64,000 bases of DNA from Nostoc sp. (GTDB lineage Bacteria > Cyanobacteriota > Cyanobacteriia > Cyanobacteriales > Nostocaceae). Shown here piece after piece: positions 11,029 to 21,382 of this stretch; positions within the stretch are counted from its first letter, which is position 1, and every line of letters begins with the position of its first letter. The translations under genes were made by a program, and so were the position numbers. The stretch covers positions 64,001-128,000 of the forward strand of contig JBALDB010000056.1 in the NCBI GenBank assembly GCA_036918135.1. The letters are read 5' to 3'. The notes under the pieces are model-generated. The model saw nothing but the letters and a program-made list of their open reading frames with translations. It had not been told where the DNA came from and did not search any database.

Positions 11029-12036
11029 ATGAATACACTACTTAAAGATTTATTCGGAGTTTACAAATTTATTGAAGGGCTTTACGCAGGAATTAGAAAG
11101 ATATTAGTTCCAGCCAAAGCTTATTCTTGGCAGACATTTATTTATCTGAGTGTTTTTTCTTGGTTACTTTCATATTTGGCTACAGGATATATCAGAGATA
11201 TTATTGCATTTTTCGGTTGGATGTTTTTAATTGCTGGTACATCTTGGTATACAACAGAAGATCCTTTGAGGGTTCCTGGTACTTTCATGCCAGTGGGAGC
11301 AGTAATCACTGGATTTTTAGTTAGTGTTTTTGCATTTGGAAGTCAAAAGGATGGAGTTACACCAACAACAATTGTTTTGTGGCCAACAATTTCAGCACTA
11401 ATTACGGCAATCCCAGAATTTATCGAAGGAAGTGATACAGATGCCAAAGCTCAAATTCCTAAGCCAGAAGACCGCCAAAGAATCATAGTTTTACTTGCTA
11501 GTTGTATGTTGCTAAGCTGCTGGATTCAGTTTTATTTTGTGGTGGATAATTGGTTAGAACAATATCCCAGTATGCAGACAGATAGTTTTAGACGTAATAC
11601 CTTTGTTGTCAGAACTCAAGAACCAACTAAAGTACCACAAAATGGAATTATAATTTTAAACAAACTTCAACCAATAGTAGAAGAACAAATAGCTCAAACA
11701 CCTTGGTCAGAAGTAGAAAAATGGTTGCTAGATGCAAAACAGCGAGTAGGAAGCTTGGGTAGAGAAGTAATTGAAAAAAACCTAGTAAAATATGAAGAGA
11801 AGGAATTATGGCGTGTTGAACCGCGTGTATCTAATACTAAGTCTGGGTATATATTAGATTTACTAAGTATTTGGACAGGGCCGAGTTCTAACCGACGGGG
11901 ATATTTTTTAAAGAAATCTTGTCGGATTGAACCAGTTGCAGCAACTAATAAATCAGGGAACAAAATCACAGTTGGAGAAATTGAATGCGATCGCTTAAAT
12001 AAATTTCTCGCTGGTTCGCCACCTCCCCAGCAGTGA
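11029..12036 (+). CDS. fraD: Septal junction protein FraD (DUF5357)
   Basis: PAKAYSWQT, five TM segments, C-terminal periplasmic domain with two Cys; operon context. Confidence 0.85.
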   Translation: MNTLLKDLFGVYKFIEGLYAGIRKILVPAKAYSWQTFIYLSVFSWLLSYLATGYIRDIIAFFGWMFLIAGTSWYTTEDPLRVPGTFMPVGAVITGFLVSVFAFGSQKDGVTPTTIVLWPTISALITAIPEFIEGSDTDAKAQIPKPEDRQRIIVLLASCMLLSCWIQFYFVVDNWLEQYPSMQTDSFRRNTFVVRTQEPTKVPQNGIIILNKLQPIVEEQIAQTPWSEVEKWLLDAKQRVGSLGREVIEKNLVKYEEKELWRVEPRVSNTKSGYILDLLSIWTGPSSNRRGYFLKKSCRIEPVAATNKSGNKITVGEIECDRLNKFLAGSPPPQQ

Positions 12037-12259
12037 AGAGTGGGGAGATGGGGATGATGGGGAGTGTGGGAAGTGTGGGAAGTGTGGGAAGAGAGGGGAG
12101 AGAGGGGGGCAAGATTTGTTCTCCATCCTCCCACACCTCCTTTTCCTCCCACACCTGCATTTGTTCTCCATCCTCCCACACCTCCCACACCTCCATTTGT
12201 TCCCCATCCTCCCACACTGCCTGTTTGCTCAATGACAAATAACAAATGACAAATAACAA
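12037..12259. repeat. STRR-type short tandem repeats in inverted arrangement between fraD and fraE
   Basis: GTGTGGGAA/GGGAGA units followed by complementary CCTCCCACA units (~36-bp higher-order repeat), then AATGACA/AATAACA heptamers. Confidence 0.8.
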
Positions 12260-13036
12260 ATGACAACCAGAATTTTTGTACTCGCTAAGAATGTGTTTCA
12301 GGAAGTGATACGCGATCGCATCCTATATATTATTGGTTTTTATGCGTTAATACTCGCCGCTGCTTTCGGTATCCTTCCTCAATTTGCGGCTACTACCGAA
12401 GACAAAATATTTTTAGATTTTGGCATGGCGGCGATGAATGCAATCGGGTTAATTGTGACGATATTTGTTGGGACGGGACTAGTTAATAAAGAAATTGAAA
12501 AACGTACTGTCTTAGTACTAATTGCTAAACCTGTTAGCCGCAGTGAAATTATTGTTGGCAAGTATTTGGGGTTGTCCGCAGTGCTAGCGGTACTGATAGC
12601 TACGATGACAGTAATTTATCTGTTATTTCTGCAATTTGGGAAAGTTGCTCATCCAACAGCAAGTATTTTAATTGCGACAATTTTCTTATTTTTGCAGTTG
12701 TCATTAATCACCGCTGTAGCTATTACCTTTGGTGTTTTTACAGCTTCACTACTGGCGACTGTTTTAACTTTTGCGGTGTATTTAATGGGAAATATTACCC
12801 AAGATTTAGTACAACTTGGGCGGCTTAGTCGTAACCTTGGAATAGAACGTTTAACTCAAGCTTTGTTTCTCATTTTGCCAGATTTATCGCGGTTAGATTT
12901 GAAAAATGATGCTGTTTATGGTTTGCAAGCACTACCCGATACAACAGCACTGATTATCAATGCTAGCTATGGCTTACTCTATAGTGTGATGTTGTTAGCG
13001 CTCGCTATTGTAATTTTCTCACAACGCGAGTTTTAG
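12260..13036 (+). CDS. fraE: FraE, ABC-2-type permease-like membrane protein
   Basis: NVFQEVIRDRILY, KEIEKRT..LIAKPVSR..I.GKYLG; follows fraD. Confidence 0.85.
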   Translation: MTTRIFVLAKNVFQEVIRDRILYIIGFYALILAAAFGILPQFAATTEDKIFLDFGMAAMNAIGLIVTIFVGTGLVNKEIEKRTVLVLIAKPVSRSEIIVGKYLGLSAVLAVLIATMTVIYLLFLQFGKVAHPTASILIATIFLFLQLSLITAVAITFGVFTASLLATVLTFAVYLMGNITQDLVQLGRLSRNLGIERLTQALFLILPDLSRLDLKNDAVYGLQALPDTTALIINASYGLLYSVMLLALAIVIFSQREF

Positions 13037-13098
13037 TCATTGGCCAAACAGGGCATTGAGCAAAAATAACAAATGACCAATGACTAATGACCAATGAC

Positions 13099-13767
13099 TT
13101 AATAACTAATGACTATTGATGGTTCTTTAACTGTAGCATCAGGCATAATTGTATCTCGGAATTTTGCATAAATTAGATTTGTCTGGTAAAGATTTGCTTT
13201 ACTCAAGTTGGTCTTAGTTAAGTTTGCCCATGTCAAGTCTGCACTAGTTAAATTAGCTTCAGTTAAATTAGCTTCTAGTAATACTGCCCCACATAGCTTT
13301 GCTTTTGTGAAATTTGCTCTAACTAAATTTGCTTCAATCAGTGATGTTTCAATTAATTTGGCTTCAGTTAGGTCTGCTTCTCTCAAATCCGCAGCACATA
13401 AAGAAGTACCCCAAAGGTTACTATTTATTAATTTCACCCGCCATAAAAAACTTCCACACAAATTTGCTTGCTTTAAATCGGCATTACTTAAATTAGCTTC
13501 ACACAAAGAGGCTTCATACAAATTAGCTTCGCATAAACTAGCTTGCATCAAATTTGCGCCACTTAAATTAGCACGAGTTAGTATACAACCAGATAGATCT
13601 GTACCATGCAAATCTGCCCCGATGAAGTTAACTCCACTTAAATCTAATCCTTTGAGGTCAATTTCACTTAAGTCATATCCACTGAAATTGTGACACTGAA
13701 AATATTTATTTGTGATTCGATCTAAGATAAATTCCTGCTTGTTAGCATAATCTTTCATGGTATTCAC
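13099..13767 (-). CDS. fraF: Pentapeptide repeat protein convergent with fraCDE (FraF)
   Basis: Continuous A(N/D)Lxx pentapeptide repeats; position matches fraF in Nostocales. Confidence 0.75.
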   Translation of the reverse strand: MNTMKDYANKQEFILDRITNKYFQCHNFSGYDLSEIDLKGLDLSGVNFIGADLHGTDLSGCILTRANLSGANLMQASLCEANLYEASLCEANLSNADLKQANLCGSFLWRVKLINSNLWGTSLCAADLREADLTEAKLIETSLIEANLVRANFTKAKLCGAVLLEANLTEANLTSADLTWANLTKTNLSKANLYQTNLIYAKFRDTIMPDATVKEPSIVISY

Positions 13768-14103
13768 CTCTGGGTGTAATTCATCTCAAAGGACGATCGC
13801 AAAGTTAGCGTATATTGAGAGTACACCTCAAATGGAAATAAAAGCGAGCGATAATCAAGAAGAAATTTGGAAAAAATTCTCAATAACCTGAAAATACGCT
13901 CTTAAAATCTTTTTTAAGACAAAAAATGCTGACATAAGTCAGGAAATATTGATATGCTACTGTAATCAACTTGGATATATTTATTTGTCTAAGCCTACAC
14001 CTGACGCTTCCACATTTCTGGCAGGTGGCCTCAACTAAGAACTAAACTTCGTGCGATTCTATTTCAGCCAAAAGTTTGAGCCAGTTAAATATGGGGCTTG
14101 ATA

Positions 14104-15054
14104 TTAAGGCAAACTGTGACGTTGAAAAAAGTTCCAAATTGTTTCACTGGCATTCAGTCCTAGCTTAGCATTGAATTTATTTAGGCCCTCATCAGTTGAA
14201 GCACCACCAGGCCAGAAATGTCCACCGTTTACTATCGCTAAGTGCCAAACTTCTGAATTGTTGCTACAACCTGCGTAGAGAGAGGTTTTCACTTTATCTT
14301 CAGGAAACTGCGAAGATTTATTTGATGAGGTACATTGATCGTGCGATCGCCAAAAGTTTACCATGTCTGAGATCGAAACTAACGCTCCTCGTTGAGTGCG
14401 ATCGTCACCTTGATAAAGTACATCGCGATCGTTTGTACCGTTAATTGTTAACATCGATATCGGAGTTTGAGGTTGGCAATTAGGTTTAAGTTTAACTGGG
14501 AGCGAACCAGCTACTGATGCAAAACCAGCAATTTTATTAGGTAACTTACAAGCCAGTGCTTGGGTAAGTATTCCACCTCTAGAAAAACCGGTAGCATAAA
14601 CTTTGTGACTATTAATATTCATTTGCTGCTGAAGGCGATCGATTAATGCACTGACAAACAAAACATCATCTGCCTTTCCTTGAGTATTACCTCTAACATT
14701 CCATCTTTGGTTAATTCCATCTGGATAAACAACAATAAATCCTTTTTTCTCTGCTAATTCGTTGAAGCGAGTCACATTACTTATAGATTGACCACTACCA
14801 TCATCCCCATGAAACACTAAAACTAAGGGCATTGGACGGTTTTGATTATAAGATTTTGGAGTGTAAAAATAGTAAGTGCGTAATTTTCCTTGGTCATATA
14901 GCTCTCCATAATTCTGACCTTTGACAATTTTTTTAGATATACTTCTTTCTTCAGCTTGGCTCGAATTGCAGGCTATTACGAAAGTAATAGTACATACAGA
15001 TATAAAAATATTTTTTAAAAATTGAGAACCTTGAGATTTTTGATAAGTATTCAT
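14104..15054 (-). CDS. Secreted PHB-depolymerase/LpqC-family alpha/beta esterase (lipoprotein)
   Basis: VIAC lipobox, PLVLVFHG, GFSRGG nucleophile elbow, NGTND, GGHFWPG. Confidence 0.8.
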   Translation of the reverse strand: MNTYQKSQGSQFLKNIFISVCTITFVIACNSSQAEERSISKKIVKGQNYGELYDQGKLRTYYFYTPKSYNQNRPMPLVLVFHGDDGSGQSISNVTRFNELAEKKGFIVVYPDGINQRWNVRGNTQGKADDVLFVSALIDRLQQQMNINSHKVYATGFSRGGILTQALACKLPNKIAGFASVAGSLPVKLKPNCQPQTPISMLTINGTNDRDVLYQGDDRTQRGALVSISDMVNFWRSHDQCTSSNKSSQFPEDKVKTSLYAGCSNNSEVWHLAIVNGGHFWPGGASTDEGLNKFNAKLGLNASETIWNFFQRHSLP

Positions 15055-15298
15055 CTTAATTAAATTTACTTTATTAAAATGTTATCATTAAAAGCGGCGA
15101 GACACCCCATCCTCCGAGTAGGTATTTGAGGTTGCTCACCGCTACTTTCGGCATAGGGCATTAGTAAATTTTTCCTCATCCCCTATACCTAAAAACTGCA
15201 TGTCCCTTGTGGGTGGAGTTTTTGATTTTTACTTGATAAATGGCCTTTTACTAAATAGAGACTAATAAATTAAGTATGAATAGTCTCTATTTAAGATG

Positions 15299-15544
15299 CT
15301 AAACTCTTACATTTACATAATGAGCAGGAACTCGAACTTTAACTAACCTGTTACCACGTCGTACTGTTTCCCAGTGTGCAGGAATTAACTTACGTCGATA
15401 TCGGGCAGCAACAACAGGTCTACGCACAACAACAGTTTTATGCACGTTAGGTCTAATAATGATCTCTGCTGCGGATGCTTGTGATGGCATGGAAGAAATG
15501 GCAAATGGTAAAGCAAGTAATGTACCTAAAAGAATACGTTTCAT
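15299..15544 (-). CDS. Small secreted Arg/Val-rich hypothetical protein
   Basis: Signal peptide MKRILLGTLLALPFA...ASA; repeated IPAHW/VPAHY motif. Confidence 0.65.
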   Translation of the reverse strand: MKRILLGTLLALPFAISSMPSQASAAEIIIRPNVHKTVVVRRPVVAARYRRKLIPAHWETVRRGNRLVKVRVPAHYVNVRV

Positions 15545-15784
15545 CTTCAAATCTCTCGATTAATTGGTTAGATTTTCTACAGTATTCCTCATGAAGTCGC
15601 AAATATATATTCTTACCTAATCTTAATGATTGTAGTAAGTTTTTTATTATTATCGGACTTAATTCAGTACCCTGTATAGTTCTTAGTTTAAAATTTTAAA
15701 TAGCAATAGACAGTGTAATAAAGTCACAATTTGAATCTAACTAAAGTCATATTAAGCAATTAAAATACCTTTTATCTCACTGTT

Positions 15785-16075
15785 CTACTCTTCTTTCCCA
15801 GTTTGCAACTGCAAATACACTACTACCAAAGTTACTGCTAACAGCATCGTTGCGGCGGCTGCATAACCAAAATCAAATTGAGCAAACGCATCATGGTAAA
15901 TGTAGTAAACCAGCAAATTAGTCAAATTTAATGTGCCGTAGCCGATTATTAGATAAAGTTGTTTAAAACTCTGCAATCTAAAAATCGCCGTGGTGATTGT
16001 TGTAAATATGACGGTAGGACGCAATCTGGGCAGTATAATATGCCAAAATTGTTGCCAAGCATTTGCGCCATCTAA
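15785..16075 (-). pseudogene. C-terminal fragment of a carbohydrate ABC transporter permease
   Basis: DGANAWQQFWHIILPRLRPT (EAA-loop region) ... AFAQFDFGYAAAA; no 5' part present. Confidence 0.7.
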
Positions 16076-16129
16076 ATCTCACGACTTACTATATATTTTT
16101 GGTATTAATAATTTTCCCTTTTTGCTGTT

Positions 16130-16774
16130 ATGACCATCCGCCCTGATTGTACTTCTAGCTTGGTTTCTCCAAACATTAACGATGTCTGCCGACAAGACAC
16201 TCCTTTAAAACTTGGAATTATGGCTTCTGGAAATGGCAGCAATTTTGATGTTGTTGCCCAAGCTATTGAAGATAAACAGCTAAATGCCAACATTCAAGTT
16301 TTGATTTATAATAATCCAACGGCTAAAGCAGCGGTTAGAGCAGCTAATCGAGGAGTAGAAGCTGTATTGTTGAATCACCGCGACTACAAAAGCCGAGAAA
16401 AGTTTGATGAGAAAATTGTGCAAACATTACGGCAGTATGATGTGGAATGGGTGATTATGGCAGGCTGGATGCGACTTTTGACATCAGTCTTTATAGATGC
16501 TTTTCCTAACAGAATTATTAATATACATCCGAGTTTGTTACCTAGTTTTAGGGGAATTCATGCTGTAGAACAAGCTTTAACATCTGGAGTAAAAATCACT
16601 GGTTGTACTGTGCATATCGCTTGTTTAGAAATGGACAGCGGGCCAATATTGATGCAAGCCGCAGTACCAGTGCTACCAGATGATACGCCAGAAACACTCC
16701 ATGCTAGAATTCAAATTCAAGAACATCGGATTTTGCCAATGGCGATCGCTTTAGCAGGCTCTACTAATTTTTAG
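16130..16774 (+). CDS. purN: Phosphoribosylglycinamide formyltransferase
   Basis: MASGNGSNF, AGWMR, INIHPSLLPSFRG, GCTVH, DSGPI. Confidence 0.95.
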   Translation: MTIRPDCTSSLVSPNINDVCRQDTPLKLGIMASGNGSNFDVVAQAIEDKQLNANIQVLIYNNPTAKAAVRAANRGVEAVLLNHRDYKSREKFDEKIVQTLRQYDVEWVIMAGWMRLLTSVFIDAFPNRIINIHPSLLPSFRGIHAVEQALTSGVKITGCTVHIACLEMDSGPILMQAAVPVLPDDTPETLHARIQIQEHRILPMAIALAGSTNF

Positions 16775-16872
16775 TCACACTAAATACTAGTGTGATTCGC
16801 TGCGTTGAGGTGATTTTTCAGATAGTTATTTAGGCAAACTGATAAGTCACTACTTGAGCATTTAGCAACGTC

Positions 16873-17469
16873 TTATTTTTTACTTCTCGATAATTGCCAC
16901 ATTTTCCACATATAGCTAGAAATCCAATTCGTCGTAATATGAGCGGCGATGGGCACTATTAAGTTGCCAGTGAGCAAGGCGCTATATGCTAATATTATCC
17001 CGACAATAGTTGCCCAAACTACATAAGGCCATTGTTGAGAACCGCTCAGATGCAAGATGCCGAAGCAAAGACTAGATACAATCACAGCCAAATGATTGAA
17101 ACCTAAAGCTGGTAGCATCACGCCCCGAAATAACAATTCTTCACTCAAGCCAGGTAGCAACCCTAACCAAATTAAGTCTGGTAAGGCTAAAGGCTTCAAT
17201 ACCACTTCTAGATAAAAATCTGCACTTTGACGGTAGGAATTCCAAAGGCGATAAGTTAAGCCACTTAATGCGGTAATGGCAAATCCCAACCCTACACCCA
17301 ACAGTAAATCTCTTTGGTTCAACTTCCAGGATAATAGGGAAAAGTTGCCGAAGTGCAACGACACTTTGGCGACTACCAGCAAAATTATTGCAGTCGCTCC
17401 CATCGCCCCAAGTACTTGGATACGTGTCAGATATGGAATTTCTGGTTCTTGCTTTTGTTGTTCAATCAC
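16873..17469 (-). CDS. CPBP/Abi (CAAX-type) intramembrane glutamic endopeptidase
   Basis: EELLFRG, FGILH and AHITTN motifs. Confidence 0.85.
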   Translation of the reverse strand: MIEQQKQEPEIPYLTRIQVLGAMGATAIILLVVAKVSLHFGNFSLLSWKLNQRDLLLGVGLGFAITALSGLTYRLWNSYRQSADFYLEVVLKPLALPDLIWLGLLPGLSEELLFRGVMLPALGFNHLAVIVSSLCFGILHLSGSQQWPYVVWATIVGIILAYSALLTGNLIVPIAAHITTNWISSYMWKMWQLSRSKK

Positions 17470-17496
17470 GGATTTTTAGGGAATGGGGAGGTGTGG

Positions 17497-17600
17497 TTCG
17501 ACTCCCTTCGACTACGCTCAGGGCAAGTCGCTCACCAATCGGGAGATGAGGGAGATGTAGTTCGACTTCCTTCGACTACGCTCAGGGCAAGTCGCTCACT
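17497..17600. repeat. Two direct copies of a REP-like element
   Basis: TTCGACT(C/T)CCTTCGACTACGCTCAGGGCAAGTCGCTCAC occurs twice, separated by GGGAGATGA repeats. Confidence 0.7.
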
Positions 17601-17644
17601 AACCGGGAGATGAGGGAGCGTCTTTGGCGAGGCTCCTAACTCCT

Positions 17645-17672
17645 GTACAGATGCGATTAATCGCGTCTCTAC
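17645..17672. repeat. 28-bp palindromic REP-like element, copy 1
   Basis: GTACAGATGCGATTAATCGCGTCTCTAC; related copies at 18783 and 21794. Confidence 0.75.
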
Positions 17673-17695
17673 TCCTAACTTATAACTTCTAATGA

Positions 17696-18763
17696 CTAAT
17701 GATTAGTGAGTACTGGTTGCAAAGATGATAATTTGGGACAAACAGCAGAGGGATTGATGCCTGCTTTATGTGCCACTAATACACCCACTGCCTCTAAATA
17801 TGAGTTTACCTGTATGGATTCGATCCCCAACGGTTGGGGAGGAACTTCGATCGCAGTTTTATTTTCTTCTACTGTAATTATTTGGCATTGTGTTTGACTT
17901 AAACTCAATAAAGCACTACCACCACAGGCATTTGCAGGTACGACAAGAGCATCTACTCCTTCTGCCCAAATATCTTCTTGTTCTAATGCTATCGTTTTTC
18001 TCTCTACTATAAATTGTGGGGCACGACTCAAGCCGACGAGAACGCATGGTAAAAATGTGTAGCCCAATTCTTCAGCTGCGGAACGGGGTGCTAAGTCCGG
18101 TTCTGGGGGGGTGCCAGCTAGAGCAGGAGAATGGGCACAAGGAATTTTAAAGGTTCGCACTAGCAAATGGCTAATTACGGCTTCAGCACCAGCTAGGGAA
18201 TCAACTCCTTCGCCGTGGCGGTATTTCTGTACTGCCTCTTCATTCATATCATCTCTGAAACGGGCGACAACTGCGATCGCTTCTGCCCCGGCTTTTTTAA
18301 TTAGTATTTCCGCTGCCCTTAACAAGCTATCGGGGTTCCCAATTGTCCCCCAACTTGTACCTGATAGAGTAGTCCGTAATTCTACATTCAAAGGGGCATC
18401 AGTGATGACATAATCTGTTAAGGTCAATCCCAGAGTCGCTCTCGCTGCATCGGCTGCTTGCAGGTGTCTTAGCCGCAACTCCGGCTCAATACCTTGGTCT
18501 AAAAGCAAACCTATCTTGTTATTTCTGACTGGACGCAAACCCCAGCATCCAGCGGCAAATTTGTCAAGTCCAAAACCTTCAACGTAGAAAGCATTTGGGA
18601 GATTCCAGTACAAGCTTGCGCCATTGAGGACATTGGGGTGAGTAATCAGGCGATCGCAAACCTGTGCTATAACTCTGGCAACAGGCAAAGCATCTCCAGC
18701 GTAACCCCCAATTGCTGCCCCAACGCCAGTTGGTACAATTAAGATAGCAGTGTATGGACGCAT
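17696..18763 (-). CDS. DUF3326 family protein (conserved in cyanobacteria and plastids)
   Basis: LIVPTGVGAAIGGYAGDALP, THPNVLNGA, GAEAVISHL, AAEELGYTFLPCVL; ATG start MRPY. Confidence 0.85.
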   Translation of the reverse strand: MRPYTAILIVPTGVGAAIGGYAGDALPVARVIAQVCDRLITHPNVLNGASLYWNLPNAFYVEGFGLDKFAAGCWGLRPVRNNKIGLLLDQGIEPELRLRHLQAADAARATLGLTLTDYVITDAPLNVELRTTLSGTSWGTIGNPDSLLRAAEILIKKAGAEAIAVVARFRDDMNEEAVQKYRHGEGVDSLAGAEAVISHLLVRTFKIPCAHSPALAGTPPEPDLAPRSAAEELGYTFLPCVLVGLSRAPQFIVERKTIALEQEDIWAEGVDALVVPANACGGSALLSLSQTQCQIITVEENKTAIEVPPQPLGIESIQVNSYLEAVGVLVAHKAGINPSAVCPKLSSLQPVLTNH

Positions 18764-18782
18764 ATTGAGTGCTGAGTGAGGA

Positions 18783-18810
18783 GTAGAGACGCGATTAATC
18801 ACGTCTGTAC
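18783..18810. repeat. 28-bp palindromic REP-like element, copy 2
   Basis: GTAGAGACGCGATTAATCACGTCTGTAC. Confidence 0.75.
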
Positions 18811-18869
18811 AAGAGTTAGGAGTTCAAAGTTATTATCCCCCATCTCCCCATTGCCCCATCTCCCTACTT

Positions 18870-19049
18870 TTAACTCTTAACTGTCGTGACAACGGCTTCA
18901 ACTGTAGCCTTTTGCTGGGCAACGTCCACAGAGGTAACCGCCCAACGCAGGGGTTCACCTTGTTTTTTCAACTCTGTTTCGATTGTTTTGAGTAACTCTG
19001 CGGGAGTTTCTTGCAGGTCAATTTCTGCGGTAATAAAATGAGTTGTCAT
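18870..19049 (-). CDS. 59-aa hypothetical protein below the ORF-track cutoff
   Basis: Translated by hand: MTTHFITAEIDLQETPAELLKTIETELKKQGEPLRWAVTSVDVAQQKATVEAVVTTVKS*; co-oriented between the ferredoxin and DUF3326 genes. Confidence 0.75.
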   Translation of the reverse strand: MTTHFITAEIDLQETPAELLKTIETELKKQGEPLRWAVTSVDVAQQKATVEAVVTTVKS

Positions 19050-19202
19050 CGCCCTAAATCCTATTGATTTTTAGTTTATACAATAGCTTATCAGGTGCTA
19101 TCAAATACCTATGTGATTTTCCAGTTTTTGTAATCATGTTAGCGAACAGTCATTCAGTTATTAATAAATCAACTCTTATACTGATAACTGTTCGCTTGGT
19201 TA

Positions 19203-19520
19203 TTAGTCTTTTCCAAATTGCAACTGATAAAGTTTGTCTTCTTTTTCACTCTCAATTTTCAAATCAGAAAGGGGTTTAGCAATACAAAGCAATACATAAC
19301 CTTGTTTTTGTAAATCTGGACTAACGCCCATGCCGTCAGTTTGATCGACAGTTCCTTGGCTGATTTGACCAGCGCAAGTTGTACAAACCCCTGCATGACA
19401 AGAACTTGGCAAATCTAAACCAGCAGCATCGGCGACTGATAAGATGGTCTGGTCTTCCGGGACTTGCAAAGTATGAATTTGACCCTGGTGATTAATTTCT
19501 ACGGTGTAAGTTTTGGGCAT
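19203..19520 (-). CDS. Plant-type [2Fe-2S] ferredoxin (minor paralogue with C-terminal extension)
   Basis: LPSSCHAGVCTTC...GYVLLC; start MPKTY. Confidence 0.9.
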   Translation of the reverse strand: MPKTYTVEINHQGQIHTLQVPEDQTILSVADAAGLDLPSSCHAGVCTTCAGQISQGTVDQTDGMGVSPDLQKQGYVLLCIAKPLSDLKIESEKEDKLYQLQFGKD

Positions 19521-19794
19521 ATACAAAGGAAGCGTCAAGCTACGGGCAAGTTTATTAGTTTATCTGAATTAGTTAAAAATATCTAGATATTACCATAAAA
19601 ATTTAGGCTAAAGTCTGAATAGTTTATAGATTAGTAACATTATTTACTATAATAAAGGTAAATAAATGTATTAATTTTGCTTACTATAAAAATGCGCGAT
19701 CGCCTTTCTAGCGATTGATTATTTTTTTTACTGGAAGTCCCCTACGAAAAGCCGAGGTAAGTTGAAGGGTCAAAAGTCAAAATTTATTTAATTT

Positions 19795-20505
19795 TTATAG
19801 AAGATCTGGGTCAATATTTAATTCTCGCAACTTAGCGGCTAGGCGTTCCGCGCGTTGCTTCTCTTGCTCTGCACGCTGTTTTTCCTCGTCCGCACGCTGC
19901 TTTTCCTGCTCTGCTAATTCTTGCGGTGTCGGCACTAACTGCCCTTGTGCTGTAAAATAGCGTAATTGATTATCCTGCACACCCAAATATAAATCTAACT
20001 GCTGACTCCATAACCAACCTTGGGGGTTTGGTTCTATTGGTTGGTAATGAGCGTCTACTAAATGAAACCCCACAAATTCTAAATCATTCGGGTCAAACCA
20101 AAAATACTCAGGTGTGCGAAAGGTATCTTGGTAAATTTGTTTTTTTAAACCTTTGTCTGTAGCTTTTGTGGAAGACGAAAGCAACTCGACAATGATATTC
20201 GGATATTTACCATCTTCTTGCCAAATCACCCAACTTTTACGCGGTTTGCGATTGCATCCTAACACTACAAAAAAGTCTGGGCCGCGAAATTCTTCTGATT
20301 TAAGCTGACGTTGGCTATAGTAAATCGTCAAATTCCCCGCTGCATAAAAGTCATTGCGGTTTTGCCACCATAATTCTAAGCATTGTAATAACAGAATAAT
20401 TTGGCGTAGATGTAAATCGCTTTCCAATGGTGGTTCGTCACTGTATATATCTCCTGGTGGAAATATTATATCTTTTGCTGATTCTAATTCTTGGGCAACT
20501 GACAT
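19795..20505 (-). CDS. Uma2 family (DUF820) PD-(D/E)XK nuclease-like protein
   Basis: SDEPPLES, GPDFFVV, VELLS.ST...D...KK.IY, EYFWFDP, coiled-coil EQEKQRA tail. Confidence 0.9.
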   Translation of the reverse strand: MSVAQELESAKDIIFPPGDIYSDEPPLESDLHLRQIILLLQCLELWWQNRNDFYAAGNLTIYYSQRQLKSEEFRGPDFFVVLGCNRKPRKSWVIWQEDGKYPNIIVELLSSSTKATDKGLKKQIYQDTFRTPEYFWFDPNDLEFVGFHLVDAHYQPIEPNPQGWLWSQQLDLYLGVQDNQLRYFTAQGQLVPTPQELAEQEKQRADEEKQRAEQEKQRAERLAAKLRELNIDPDLL

Positions 20506-20778
20506 GACTTTCTTGGGGCTAGGGGTGAGATATTCGGATAAACAGCTACGGGTGGATGCATAGATGTAATTACTATCATAATCTTGCTGATTTATATTTA
20601 TGTGCGAATTGCTCTAGATTAAGACTTCGCTGTTACTGCTAAGTAAATTTTGACTTCCCCAACGGGACTGTAATAACAGAAACCTGATTGCAAATTGCGT
20701 TTTGGGCGACTCATGAAAAAATCGCTAAAATATCGCGCTTGCTATAATGCACTCACCAACAAACTTTGGTCATCAATG

Positions 20779-20946
20779 TTATAACTTTAACTCTTAAGGT
20801 TACATTATCAAGCCTTAAGGTCACAAGATTAACCCTTAAAACTATAACATGAAGCCTTGAGGCTACAACATTAAGCCTTAAGGTTACAAGATGAAGACTT
20901 AAAGCTATAACAAAAAGCCTTGAGGTTAAAAGATGAAGGCTTAAGG
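20779..20946. repeat. Eight degenerate 21-bp tandem repeats
   Basis: Units such as TTACAAGATGAAGACTTAAAG and CTACAACATTAAGCCTTAAGG with exact 21-bp period and no spacers. Confidence 0.85.
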
Positions 20947-21382
20947 TTAAAGCGATCGCTATTCACAAGAAGTAAAGGTGCAATGTGCTATGCAGTGGCG
21001 AGCGCACTACTTAATCAACCTTGGTTACCAACATCATAGCAGCGCAATGCCCCATAAACAATTCAAGATGCTGTACCCTCAGCAGTAACACACCCTACAA
21101 TTTATATTTCTTCACACATTGAATTTTGCTCGCTGACTTAGTTATTGCATCCAAACGAGAACCGCTATAGAAGTAAAAGTGCGATCGTTGCAACAACATT
21201 GTAGTTTTCGTACAACTTAAACACAATATTATTTGGCTGAAAATCAAGTTTTGGCGCTCAAATTCAGAAAAATCACGGGCATAAATAAAAACTTTGACTA
21301 CAAAAAATGCGCTTTTTGCTGAACCATAATACAGGTTAATTGAGACAAAATAGCTCTAGAAAGCTCTTAAAAGTAGAAACTT

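Noticed and set aside
11694..12266. Several overlapping low-complexity ORFs
   Set aside because: By-products of STRR repeats and of the fraD antisense strand.
15090..15225. Possible IS200/IS605 end remnants
   Set aside because: Only weak hairpin-like motifs; no tnpA/tnpB sequence.
16873..17469. CPBP protease as part of the peptide system
   Set aside because: About 12 kb away, inside a conserved housekeeping-like neighbourhood; no evidence of linkage.
20779..20946. CRISPR array or protein-coding gene
   Set aside because: No spacers; the only open frame lacks a start codon.
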